A stretch of 64,000 nt of DNA from an uncultured Ignavibacteriales bacterium (GTDB lineage: Bacteria; Bacteroidota; Ignavibacteria; UBA10030; SZUA-254). A program made the translations under genes and the position numbers. How positions within the stretch are numbered: the first letter of the stretch is position 1; every line of letters starts with the position of its first letter. The notes beneath the pieces are model-generated. The model searched no databases, was not told where the DNA came from, and saw only the letters and a program-made list of their open reading frames with translations. The stretch spans positions 385,002 through 449,001 of the forward strand of contig CAVQPS010000010.1 in the NCBI GenBank assembly GCA_963714795.1, given 5' to 3'. Shown here in pieces: positions 53,061-62,410 of the stretch.

Positions 53061-53099
53061 AAAAAAAAACGCCATCTCGTTTGAGACGGCGTTTTTTTT
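53061..53099. terminator. Bidirectional rho-independent terminator between hemL and the convergent lipoprotein gene
   Basis: An A9 run is followed by the stem acgccatctc-gttt-gagacggcgt (9 of 10 bp) and then a T8 run. Confidence 0.75.
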
Positions 53100-53117
53100 G
53101 TTACCTGATGAATCCTT

Positions 53118-55166
53118 TTATCCTCCGATTCTTCCCGGAATCGTCGTTGAGGGTTGACCTCCGCCGTTACTATTCGGACTATTAATCGTGATCACCACGG
53201 AAGCGGGAATTGAAATATTTCCAAAACCACCCTGAGTCTGATCCACTACATCGAACCAGAAATCTGTTGTCCCGGGTCCTTTCTCCATCGTATCACCCAA
53301 CAAAATATTTGTATTGCCATTGACGGTCAGATTGATCTGGGTTCCGCTGGGAGGAGTGTATTGTAACGTAACAGTAATGCTTGTCCCTGATGCCAGCGGA
53401 TGACCAAACTCGTCGGTAATATGATAATTGATTCTTCCGGAACTTCCGCCACTTGGCACAAAGAACGAGTCCGCATTGATTATTGGAAAAAGAGGTGCCG
53501 TTGTGAACAGAACGATAGTCGAATCGAAAACAGTAACTCCATTTTGCCCAAGCGTGGTAGCAAAGACCTTAGCCCAGCCATGACCGTCCGGCGAATTAAA
53601 CAGTAGACCGATCGACGCATCAAACGGCAACGGGTTACCGCTGTATAAATTAACGGTAGCATGACTTGTCGGATCCGTAAATCCGGACGCATCGATGACA
53701 CCACCGGTAGTATTAAAATATACGGCAGTATTTGTTCTGACAGGATTGCTGTATTTATCGCCGACTTGAACAGTGATAGCGTCGGTCTTGTCCAAGTAAT
53801 CATATGCAGGGAAATTATGTTGGAAGGGTGCTACGTCGAAATGCACCTGATCCGGCAACCCCGCATTGACCGTGAGAAGAACAGGAGTCGACTGTACCAG
53901 AGCCCCATCCGATTTTCGGTAGAGCCATGCCCATAATTGCAGAACACCGGACACCGTCCCGCTATTGATAATAGTTGCCACGCGTCCCGAGGCGTTGGTC
54001 AGTGCAGCTGATGGTGACACGTACGCTCCGCCCGATACCGGCGTTCCAACAATTTTAAAATATACCGAATCCTGATGATCGATATCGATCGGGAATCCTA
54101 ACGAATCACGCACTTCCCACGTAATGATGGATGATTCTATTCCCCCGACGCCATAGACCGCAATTTGATTGTTGCTAAGACTAATAAGCGCGATTGAATG
54201 AGCTTCTCCGGTTCCGGAATCGCGTACGACGCCGGTGGTCGTGTCCCGAACAAGAGTGATATTTTGATACGTTGGACTGCCGGCCTGGAAAGTAAGGTTA
54301 AACGTTTGCGACAGATATCCGTTTTTTATAACCTTCAATCCTGCCGGTAACGAAGCCAGACCTTTCAGGTCGATAGAGAACAAATACGACCCATCGGTGG
54401 CACTCAAAACGCTGTCGGTCACCAATGCTGATGTCAGTATGAGACTTGCATTTATGACCGGTTGGTTTGACGATGCGTCAAGCACGCGACCGAGCACCTG
54501 ACCAACGGTTGAACCCTGATCGACCTGCATCAGGAGATTGCCGAGGTTTGTCGTTTGCCCCTTGTGGGCTTCATACGTCAATTGTTTTGTTTTAAATCCT
54601 GTCTTGCTTACGGTGACAGAAACGGGCAGCGAATCTCTATCGACAAGATTCACCGGAAGTATGAACATACCATCAATCGATGTTACCACCTGATCGGAAA
54701 ATCCGGGAACGGCATAAATAACAGTCGAACCGCGCAGCGGATAGAGTGTAGCGCTATCACGAACAGTTCCGCTTAATACGGCATAGGTACTCAGATCGAC
54801 CGTAAGTTGGATGGGCAACGTTAATTGACTATTGCCAACCATTACGAATGTGGTTGCATACACCAGATATCCTTGTTTTTTCACCGTAATTGTTGTTTGC
54901 ACGGAATCACTGGCTTGATTATACTCAAAACCGAAGGTGCCATTTGCATCCGTATGAGTGGAATCAACCGATCCGCCGGAATTACGGAAGACAGTGGCAT
55001 TAAAAACCGGAATTCCGGTCGACACATCGGTTACGGTACCGTTAATGTCTGCTTTAATCGACAAGGTATTGGAATTTCCAGTCGTGGCTGGCGGCAAATC
55101 CTTGCAACTCCACAAACCGAATGTAAAAGCTGCAACGAGCAGAACAACGAATATTCTAGAGTTCAT
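53118..55166 (-). CDS. Large surface lipoprotein with repeated carboxypeptidase-regulatory-like (transthyretin-like) beta-sandwich domains; last gene of the pilus operon
   Basis: It has a signal peptide plus lipobox (GLWSC). At least four modules of ~90 aa begin G.V.D (GTVTDVSTGIPVFNATVF, LSGTVRDSATLYPLRGSTVIY, VLGRVLDASSNQPVINASLIL, TTGVVRDSGTGEAHSIAL). The C-terminal half is Thr/Ser/Gly-rich. Confidence 0.6.
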   Translation of the reverse strand: MNSRIFVVLLVAAFTFGLWSCKDLPPATTGNSNTLSIKADINGTVTDVSTGIPVFNATVFRNSGGSVDSTHTDANGTFGFEYNQASDSVQTTITVKKQGYLVYATTFVMVGNSQLTLPIQLTVDLSTYAVLSGTVRDSATLYPLRGSTVIYAVPGFSDQVVTSIDGMFILPVNLVDRDSLPVSVTVSKTGFKTKQLTYEAHKGQTTNLGNLLMQVDQGSTVGQVLGRVLDASSNQPVINASLILTSALVTDSVLSATDGSYLFSIDLKGLASLPAGLKVIKNGYLSQTFNLTFQAGSPTYQNITLVRDTTTGVVRDSGTGEAHSIALISLSNNQIAVYGVGGIESSIITWEVRDSLGFPIDIDHQDSVYFKIVGTPVSGGAYVSPSAALTNASGRVATIINSGTVSGVLQLWAWLYRKSDGALVQSTPVLLTVNAGLPDQVHFDVAPFQHNFPAYDYLDKTDAITVQVGDKYSNPVRTNTAVYFNTTGGVIDASGFTDPTSHATVNLYSGNPLPFDASIGLLFNSPDGHGWAKVFATTLGQNGVTVFDSTIVLFTTAPLFPIINADSFFVPSGGSSGRINYHITDEFGHPLASGTSITVTLQYTPPSGTQINLTVNGNTNILLGDTMEKGPGTTDFWFDVVDQTQGGFGNISIPASVVITINSPNSNGGGQPSTTIPGRIGG

Positions 55167-55223
55167 AAGTTAAGTTCCTTGGAAATAAAGTGAATTCAGT
55201 GTTCATAAAAAATCTAATTGCCG

Positions 55224-56471
55224 TCATTTCTTTTCGTATTCTTTTTTTAAATCTTTTCTTTTGGCATCAATTAATTCCTGCTGACTGAACCTATTCACCA
55301 TACGTCCGCGAATCGGTTGCGATAATTCCGCTTTGAGCAAAATGATCAGTTCAGTCTTGATTTTTTCCGTATTTTCCGAGCCAAAGACATACCGAAGACC
55401 AAAAAACCACCAGGGTAAATCTTTCAAAACCGGAACACCTTCCCGCGTTTCCTGATCCGATGTGGTATATAACCCACCAATAACCGTTTCTTCGCCGTCA
55501 TACAAAAGGGCATGTGTTTCCACCATTGTTTTATCTATTTCCGGGCCCACGACTCCTACATCGGCTGAACTTTGCTCAACCCTTACCTGGAGATAAATAA
55601 AACTTGTATCCGCTTGCGTATAAACTGTCGGTGTAACCTTGATAATGGTACCTGTTTGTACTTGCGTATTTATAGAATTTCCTGCAACGTCTTTTGTCAC
55701 AATAAAAATACTTTTACCGATCTGAATATATCCTTCCTTGCCGTTACGAACGACCAATTCCGGACTGGTAATAACTTCGCCAAGTTGGTTGGAGCCGAAA
55801 AATTTTACCAACGCGTCAATATTGGCAAATGTAAATTCCGGAGGCGATGAAATAATACCGAGTGCCTTATCAAGAGAAGGACTCGTTGACGTGGGCGGAA
55901 TCGGAGACGTTGTGTCGCCCTTCGAAATGCCGGCACTATTGTAGAAATTCATCGCGGGCTCTTTCGATTTTGATCGGAAGAAATCCCAGCTGATGCCGTA
56001 GCTTTGCAACTTATCAAGGTTCGTTGAAAAGAACGCCGCTGAAATTTTCACATCTTTTGCATCAAGCGTCGGCGGGGGTTCCGAAGGAGTTGAAGAACCG
56101 ACAGGACCGCCGGTTGTTGTCGGCGTGGCTCCGGCCTGCATGATGCGAATATAATCCGCCTCTTCCGTGAACGTCAAGCCGTTTCGCGCAAGAATGATTT
56201 CCAGCGCATCACGCCAATGTTGATTGACGATATAGACACCGATCGGGTTCGTTCGTTTTTCCAGATCGATGATAATTTTTCCGGCGAATTGTTTGCTTAA
56301 TTCTCCGATCACCAACAGCGCCTGATCCATGCGCATCGTCGAATCAAGTGAAACGATTTCCTGGGGATTAACATACCCCTTTGTTCGCATTCGGTCATCA
56401 CGCGACTGCCCGAACGTTCCCGAAACACAGGAAATGAACAAGAACAAAACTACGATATAGTGCTTTTTCAT
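55224..56471 (-). CDS. pilQ: Secretin-family outer-membrane channel (PilQ/GspD-like), short form of 415 aa
   Basis: The C-terminal secretin signature is VIGGLYTTSDQETREGVPVLKDLPWWFFGLRYVFG...ELIILLKAEL. An N-terminal secretin_N-like domain is present. It has a signal peptide and no AMIN repeats. Confidence 0.65.
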   Translation of the reverse strand: MKKHYIVVLFLFISCVSGTFGQSRDDRMRTKGYVNPQEIVSLDSTMRMDQALLVIGELSKQFAGKIIIDLEKRTNPIGVYIVNQHWRDALEIILARNGLTFTEEADYIRIMQAGATPTTTGGPVGSSTPSEPPPTLDAKDVKISAAFFSTNLDKLQSYGISWDFFRSKSKEPAMNFYNSAGISKGDTTSPIPPTSTSPSLDKALGIISSPPEFTFANIDALVKFFGSNQLGEVITSPELVVRNGKEGYIQIGKSIFIVTKDVAGNSINTQVQTGTIIKVTPTVYTQADTSFIYLQVRVEQSSADVGVVGPEIDKTMVETHALLYDGEETVIGGLYTTSDQETREGVPVLKDLPWWFFGLRYVFGSENTEKIKTELIILLKAELSQPIRGRMVNRFSQQELIDAKRKDLKKEYEKK

Positions 56472-56489
56472 GGATACTCCGTGATAATA

Positions 56490-57374
56490 TTACTTAACAG
56501 GTTGACCAACGCGAATTGTGAGTTCGTAGCGTTCTGCCACGCCTCCTTTATTTAATAAACATTCTACTTTTCCTTCGTTCGGAAGAATGCGCGTTACATA
56601 ACCCAGATAAACTTTATCGCCTTCTTCCAACGTGCGAGATTTCTGATTTTGATCGATAATAAATGCTTTCCCGGGAATAACCGCTTTCAGATCCGACCGT
56701 TCAATTTCAATTTCATCGGCTTGGGGTGGAGGAATTTCATGCAGAATCAAAGGAGAAAACGGATTCGACGTCAATGTGGCGGCAACGGTATTGATTTGCC
56801 CCGGAGCATTATTTAATTCCGCAATCGACGAATAGTACGCCTGCAATTCCATTTCAAACAGGACAAGAATTTTTGTATCATTACCTTCTTTACTTTTTGA
56901 TTCGTATCCCCGAAGGCTCAGGTTGGAAATTTTAAACAACCGGCGCCCGCTTTCCGTGTACCAGATAAATTTATAGAGATTACTGAAGGGCGCCTCACCT
57001 TTCAGCGAGTAGACATTGTAACCGAAGTTTCCAAAATCATGGGGACCGACAAATGTCAGATCCATTTTCACTTCGCCGCTGACATCCATCGTGTTGCTCA
57101 GATAGCCGTACGTTTCCCCGGTGATGTCTTTTTGCGGAACATCTTTATTGCGGGTTTCCCAATGCTTTTTAATCGCATCGAGTTGTGCCGATGTTGTATT
57201 GTATTGATTTGCCAGATCGGGCGTGTTCTGCAATTCAATTTCAATTCTTTTGATCTCAGCATCGGTTGTCTTGAGCTGTTTGGGCAGAGAAAAGAACATA
57301 AGAAACGAACCCAGGCTGAGAATCACCGCAAGAGTTATCCCGAGAATAATCGTATTTCGAATTATATATGACAC
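56490..57374 (-). CDS. PilO/PilP-like type IV pilus alignment-subcomplex protein (bitopic)
   Basis: It has an N-terminal TM helix, a coiled-coil segment and a periplasmic domain. Its position between the PilM-PilN fusion gene and pilQ matches pilMNOPQ gene order. Sequence similarity is weak. Confidence 0.45.
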   Translation of the reverse strand: MSYIIRNTIILGITLAVILSLGSFLMFFSLPKQLKTTDAEIKRIEIELQNTPDLANQYNTTSAQLDAIKKHWETRNKDVPQKDITGETYGYLSNTMDVSGEVKMDLTFVGPHDFGNFGYNVYSLKGEAPFSNLYKFIWYTESGRRLFKISNLSLRGYESKSKEGNDTKILVLFEMELQAYYSSIAELNNAPGQINTVAATLTSNPFSPLILHEIPPPQADEIEIERSDLKAVIPGKAFIIDQNQKSRTLEEGDKVYLGYVTRILPNEGKVECLLNKGGVAERYELTIRVGQPVK

Positions 57375-57405
57375 AGGTATCTCCGAGTAATAAGATTGTT
57401 AATTG

Positions 57406-58986
57406 TTATTGTGCCGCGCCGTTTTTTCCGGATTTTTCCGGCTGTGGCGGAATCGATATCACAAAATTATACACCGGCGGTACTTTTTCACGAATTTCTT
57501 TTACTTCGACTTTCGTCAGCGTTGCGTTATCGAATAATGCCGCAATCCGGGGAATACGTCCGCGATATAATGCGTACCCCTGAACGCTCATTGCACCGCC
57601 GCCGAGGGATTTAATTTCCGTGATCCAAACCGCGCCGAGGTCTTCAACGCCTTTTGTCAATTGGGCTATCGTCCGGTTCCACCGGTCGGCCCCCGGTACA
57701 AGCGAATCGTACACAGCCAATGCTTTATTGTAACGCGTAATCTGGTCGTTCAAGTTGGAGATCGCCACTTTCAATTTTTCATTCTCATCCACTTTGTCCT
57801 GAAGCTGTTCCAGTGTGTGCTTTTTTGTCCTTACGTCCTTCTGCATGTTTCCATACCGGGTTGTAAAATAAAACGTTGCAAGGAACACGAGAACCAAAAG
57901 AACATAGCCATGCCAGGCAAGTTTGAATGTACGCTGGCCTTCGCGCACAGCTTCCGGCAATAAATTAACCTGATAAAATCCCGGATGATTCTCGTCCAAT
58001 GCTCTCCATGCGGTAGAAATTGCAACCGCAAATTCCGGAATAAGCTCCTGCTGTTCCGGTGAAAGAGCGCTGGCATCCAGGTAAGGCGTTTTTAAATATT
58101 GAACATCCACTTCGGGCAACTGTTCGCGGATAAATTCGTCAAAGCCGATACGCCGGCTTTCTCCGGCAAGAAGCACTTTATCGATTCTCGGAATTCCCAT
58201 ATTATCCTGCTCGAGAAGAAGACGGCTGTATACCGTATTCTGAATACTCGGAGAATCATAACCTTCCCCGAGCACAGGAGCAAAGTGAAAGAATTCCGTC
58301 CCCTTCATAAAAATTAATCTGGTAAATTCAACGCCCACATAAATAATCGTGGTGATTTCGTCGGCTGAAAATCCATAATTCGCCCGGGCAAGGTTCATCA
58401 ATGCAATATCCGCAATTTCGATCAGGGCAATTCGCGGCAAACGCTTTCCCAAAAACGGTTTAATTTCTTCCAGAGCACTTAACATGCTTGTCCCGTCTTC
58501 CCGAACGACGCAGACGAGATTCTTCTCGGCAGAATAAAAGAAATCAATGGCATCCAGCGGCGGTTGAACTGAACGAACGTTGCGTAACTCATTCACAACT
58601 TGCTGTTTTAGTTTTTTCCCTTTCAGTCCGAAATCACTTTCCAGAATATGGTAGTAAATGCTCGGCTCGGCAATGGCATAACTAAGGACATATTGGGAAA
58701 TCGGATACTTCGACAACAACCCGAGGAGAATATTGTTATTATCCCCCACTGCCTCTTCTTGCGATGCCCCGCCTGTATTCAGCGCAAATGTTTCACCGCC
58801 CCCGCTCAAATTGTCAACCTCTGTATTTAGCTGCTGGCGATCTTCCAATTTCCGCGCAAGCGCGACTGAATGGAGTTCGTCGATGTAGATATGACCTTTT
58901 TTTAACGAAAGCTTGGCAAGCTTGAGATCTAATCCATCAACAAATATGCCTACCGATGTATTTTTATTTCCCCTGAGTGATGACAT
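57406..58986 (-). CDS. Fused PilM (actin-like ATPase fold) plus PilN (TM and coiled-coil) type IV pilus assembly protein
   Basis: The N-terminal ~340 aa carry PilM-like segments such as VGIFVDGLDLKLAKL. A single TM helix (WHGYVLLVLVFLATFYF) follows. A PilN-like coiled-coil and periplasmic domain complete the protein. Total length is 526 aa. Confidence 0.6.
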   Translation of the reverse strand: MSSLRGNKNTSVGIFVDGLDLKLAKLSLKKGHIYIDELHSVALARKLEDRQQLNTEVDNLSGGGETFALNTGGASQEEAVGDNNNILLGLLSKYPISQYVLSYAIAEPSIYYHILESDFGLKGKKLKQQVVNELRNVRSVQPPLDAIDFFYSAEKNLVCVVREDGTSMLSALEEIKPFLGKRLPRIALIEIADIALMNLARANYGFSADEITTIIYVGVEFTRLIFMKGTEFFHFAPVLGEGYDSPSIQNTVYSRLLLEQDNMGIPRIDKVLLAGESRRIGFDEFIREQLPEVDVQYLKTPYLDASALSPEQQELIPEFAVAISTAWRALDENHPGFYQVNLLPEAVREGQRTFKLAWHGYVLLVLVFLATFYFTTRYGNMQKDVRTKKHTLEQLQDKVDENEKLKVAISNLNDQITRYNKALAVYDSLVPGADRWNRTIAQLTKGVEDLGAVWITEIKSLGGGAMSVQGYALYRGRIPRIAALFDNATLTKVEVKEIREKVPPVYNFVISIPPQPEKSGKNGAAQ

Positions 58987-59015
58987 ATGCTACATATCCT
59001 CGTTGTGTGCTAAAA

Positions 59016-60245
59016 TTAATCCCCTGACGGCGTTAGATTAAGAATTTGTTGCAATCTCCGTTTATTATTTGCAAAATTCATTGCTGTTTCCAAAGTAATC
59101 TTCTTCGCAAGATATAATCGTTTTAAGTCCTGTTCCATCGTGATCATACCCAGATCGCCGGATTCCGACATCATCTGATAAATCTCGCCGGTGTTATTAT
59201 TTTTTATCGCTGCGCGAACCGACGGCGACGCCACCATAATTTCTTTTACCAATACGCGTTTTTTATCCAGGCTGGGAACAAGCTTTTGTGACATCACACA
59301 TTGGATAATGTCGGCAAGACGGTTCCGAACCCGTTCCTGTTCGATCGGCGGAACTTCACCGATGATACGGTCGATACTTTCCACTGCAGACGAAGTATGG
59401 AGTGTCGAAAAAACTTTATGGCCGCTATCAGTTACTTCGAGGGCAGTAAGAATCGTATCGGGATCACGCAACTCGCCGATGACGATGATATCAGGATCCT
59501 GCCGTAATGATTGAACGGTACCTTCTTTAAACGACAAAACATCCCGTCCGACTTCACGGTGCCTGATAATGCACCGATCCGATTTGTGCACATATTCGAT
59601 CGGAGCCGCAATGATCACACAATGTGCATCAACGGAATGGTTATTGGCGTCAATAATACTGTCAAGCGTCGAACTTTTTCCGGAACCGGTAATCCCGGTG
59701 ACCAGGATAAGACCTTCTTTGGTATGAGCAAGACTAACGATGCGAGTCACATTCGCATGTAATTCAAGACTCCTGTACGGACGAACGACTGCGTTGATTG
59801 CCCGCATGTTGAGAGCAATCTGGTCCAAATCGAAATATGCATCGGCACGGAACCGATGCATTTGATCGTTCTGAAAAATCGTGTACGAGAAATCAAGATT
59901 TCGATTTTCATACAAAAATTGACGCTGGCGTTCAAGAAGAATAGTATGAATGAGAACATTCGTTTCATCAAACGTAAAGACCGGGATCGTCAGATCGGGT
60001 TTTTTTGAACCATGAATGCGATACCAAATTTTTCCTTGAGAACCAAAGCCACCCAAATCGATATCCGAAGCAGTAATCTCAAACATTTTCAAGAGGAAGC
60101 CGTCAAACATTCGTTTAATGATTACGCGTTCCTCTTGTGATTGACGTGAAACGAGATCGCCAATAAGCATTTGTCGCTCGACCCCGTATGCCGTTTCGGG
60201 GATGTTAGCAACCATTTGTCTTATTATTGATACTGCTTCGTCCAT
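59016..60245 (-). CDS. pilT: Type IV pilus retraction ATPase PilT/PilU family, with a ~60-aa N-terminal extension
   Basis: The Walker A motif is GITGSGKSSTL, the Asp box is IIAAPIEYVH and the Walker B/His box region is DIIVIGELRD...TLHTSSAVESIDRI. Length is 409 aa. Confidence 0.8.
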   Translation of the reverse strand: MDEAVSIIRQMVANIPETAYGVERQMLIGDLVSRQSQEERVIIKRMFDGFLLKMFEITASDIDLGGFGSQGKIWYRIHGSKKPDLTIPVFTFDETNVLIHTILLERQRQFLYENRNLDFSYTIFQNDQMHRFRADAYFDLDQIALNMRAINAVVRPYRSLELHANVTRIVSLAHTKEGLILVTGITGSGKSSTLDSIIDANNHSVDAHCVIIAAPIEYVHKSDRCIIRHREVGRDVLSFKEGTVQSLRQDPDIIVIGELRDPDTILTALEVTDSGHKVFSTLHTSSAVESIDRIIGEVPPIEQERVRNRLADIIQCVMSQKLVPSLDKKRVLVKEIMVASPSVRAAIKNNNTGEIYQMMSESGDLGMITMEQDLKRLYLAKKITLETAMNFANNKRRLQQILNLTPSGD

Positions 60246-60568
60246 TTTACTCGTTTTTATTTTGTTTCAAGTCAAACTTTAGATAACCGATTAAAAACCC
60301 TTATATTCTTGGCGTCAAATATATGCAAAAGTTCCGCTGTTGTCAAACCATCTTATTAATTAAAACCTTCCAAATTCTCCTAATTGCAAAAAATCTTCAA
60401 AAACGAATGGAATTGAGGATTTTTAAAAAGTAATTGATTCTCGTCCTTTTCCATTTTAAGAGTATTTGAGCGCAAACTTCTCGATTTATCCGTTTTAAAA
60501 TTCCTGATAAATTATCTCAAATTCTCTAATTTTGCAACCATGCTGTGAGGACAATCAACATTGTGAAA

Positions 60569-62356
60569 TTAATCTTCCATAGTCGTCGAAATAATTTCTT
60601 CCATCGTCGTTACGCCCTGCAGCATGCGTTCCATTCCGGACCGACGGAGAGTCCACATACCATCTTTCGACGCCTGATCCCTGATGGCATTTTCATCGAC
60701 ATCAGAACCGGAGCTTACGATTATTTGCTTAATCTCCTTTGTAAAATAGAGCGCTTCATGAATAGCCGCGCGGCCCTTCCATCCATTATTACATTTGTCG
60801 CAACCGACGGGGCCATAGAGAGTTGTATTCGCCAACATTTCTTCCGTGAATCCAAATTTCAAGTAGATTTGTTTATCCTTTTCGTTTAACGTCAGCGGTT
60901 TTTTACAAATCTCGCAGAGCGTACGTATAAGCCGTTGAGCAACGACGATATTAATTGCGTATGCGATAAGAAATGGTTCGACTCCCATTTTATATAACCG
61001 GGAGACTGCGCTGGGAGCATCGTTGGTGTGCAACGTGGAAAATGTCAGATGGCCTGTGTTGGCAAGTTTGATAGCAATTTCTGCCGTTGCTTTATCGCGC
61101 ATTTCACCGACCAAAACAATATCCGGATCGTGACGTAAGATACCGCGGATGGCTTCTTCAAAATTCATTTTGGACCCGATTTTTAGCTGACGGGCTCCTT
61201 TAATAATATATTCTACCGGGTCTTCGACTGTCAGGACATTGACGGTCGGGTCGATAACCTGATGAAGCGCGGCAATCAATGTCGTACTTTTTCCACTCCC
61301 TGTCGGTCCGGTAAGAATGATGATACCCTGTGGTCGCGAAATCGCTTTATTAAAAAAGTCCTTTGCCGGTCCCTGAAGGCCGAGTTTATTCAAATCCGTG
61401 ATGACTTTACGATCGTCCAGTACACGAATGACAACACTTTCGAATTTATGTCGATACTCCAATCCAACAATCGGCATAATAGAAACACGAAACCGGATCT
61501 GATGGCCATCAATTAAACGCTGGATATAACCATCCTGAGACATTTCACGTTCGAACCGATCGACATTTCTTGACCGATCTTTGATTACTGCCGCAACGGC
61601 TTCCGGCATCGTGTTTTCCTGAACGTGCCAAATTTTCAGATTGCCGTCAACACGAAAATAAAATTCTGTCCGATTGCCTTCTTTGCCAACGACATGTATA
61701 TCACTCGCCCCTTGTCTGACTGCCTCAACGAGTGCTCCCTCAATTAAATTAACTAATGCACTCTTGCTTATTTCATTTTCAAGAACTTCCTCATCGAGAG
61801 CCGAATCGTCTTCGGATGAATTAATGACAACATCGGCATCCGCTAACAGTTTGAGAAATTCATTCTGGAGCGGTATCACTTTTTCTATGAGGGACTGAAA
61901 ATCTTTCAGCCGGCAGTAGCACACCTCATATTTTTTTACTCCAAAATTGCGAGCAATTGAAGGGATATTACGATCGGTAGGATCGGCGGCAATAAGAATA
62001 AGTTTATCGGTCTGTTTTTCATCAAACCGAAGCGGTAGTACTTTTATTTGAATTAACAGGTCACGATAAATATCCGGAAGCGCATCGACATATTTTTTAA
62101 TAAATTCAATGCGTGCGTCGTCGATAACTTCGTCATTCAGATAAACCTCACGGAACGCGTAGAGGTTCGCGACTTCGCGAAACACGAGGTCGTGATCGAC
62201 GCTAAAATCAGTGACAAGAATCTGACCGAGATTCCGTCGATTTTTTTTATCTTCGGCTTCCCGTACATGCAGAGACTTTTCCAAAGTCTCGTAATCGATT
62301 ATACCTTTTTTTAGAAGTGTATATCCGATCTTATCAGTAATGTCAATATCAGCCAT
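60569..62356 (-). CDS. pilB: Type IV pilus assembly / type II secretion ATPase PilB/GspE family
   Basis: The Walker A motif is GPTGSGKSTTL. The region DIVLVGEMRD, the tetracysteine motif CEICKKP...CDKC and an N-terminal GSPII_E_N-like domain are present. Length is 595 aa. Confidence 0.85.
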   Translation of the reverse strand: MADIDITDKIGYTLLKKGIIDYETLEKSLHVREAEDKKNRRNLGQILVTDFSVDHDLVFREVANLYAFREVYLNDEVIDDARIEFIKKYVDALPDIYRDLLIQIKVLPLRFDEKQTDKLILIAADPTDRNIPSIARNFGVKKYEVCYCRLKDFQSLIEKVIPLQNEFLKLLADADVVINSSEDDSALDEEVLENEISKSALVNLIEGALVEAVRQGASDIHVVGKEGNRTEFYFRVDGNLKIWHVQENTMPEAVAAVIKDRSRNVDRFEREMSQDGYIQRLIDGHQIRFRVSIMPIVGLEYRHKFESVVIRVLDDRKVITDLNKLGLQGPAKDFFNKAISRPQGIIILTGPTGSGKSTTLIAALHQVIDPTVNVLTVEDPVEYIIKGARQLKIGSKMNFEEAIRGILRHDPDIVLVGEMRDKATAEIAIKLANTGHLTFSTLHTNDAPSAVSRLYKMGVEPFLIAYAINIVVAQRLIRTLCEICKKPLTLNEKDKQIYLKFGFTEEMLANTTLYGPVGCDKCNNGWKGRAAIHEALYFTKEIKQIIVSSGSDVDENAIRDQASKDGMWTLRRSGMERMLQGVTTMEEIISTTMED

Positions 62357-62410
62357 TCCACCATCTCCAAAGTGATAATCCCTATATCCGAGAATGACTC
62401 CGCCGGCATA

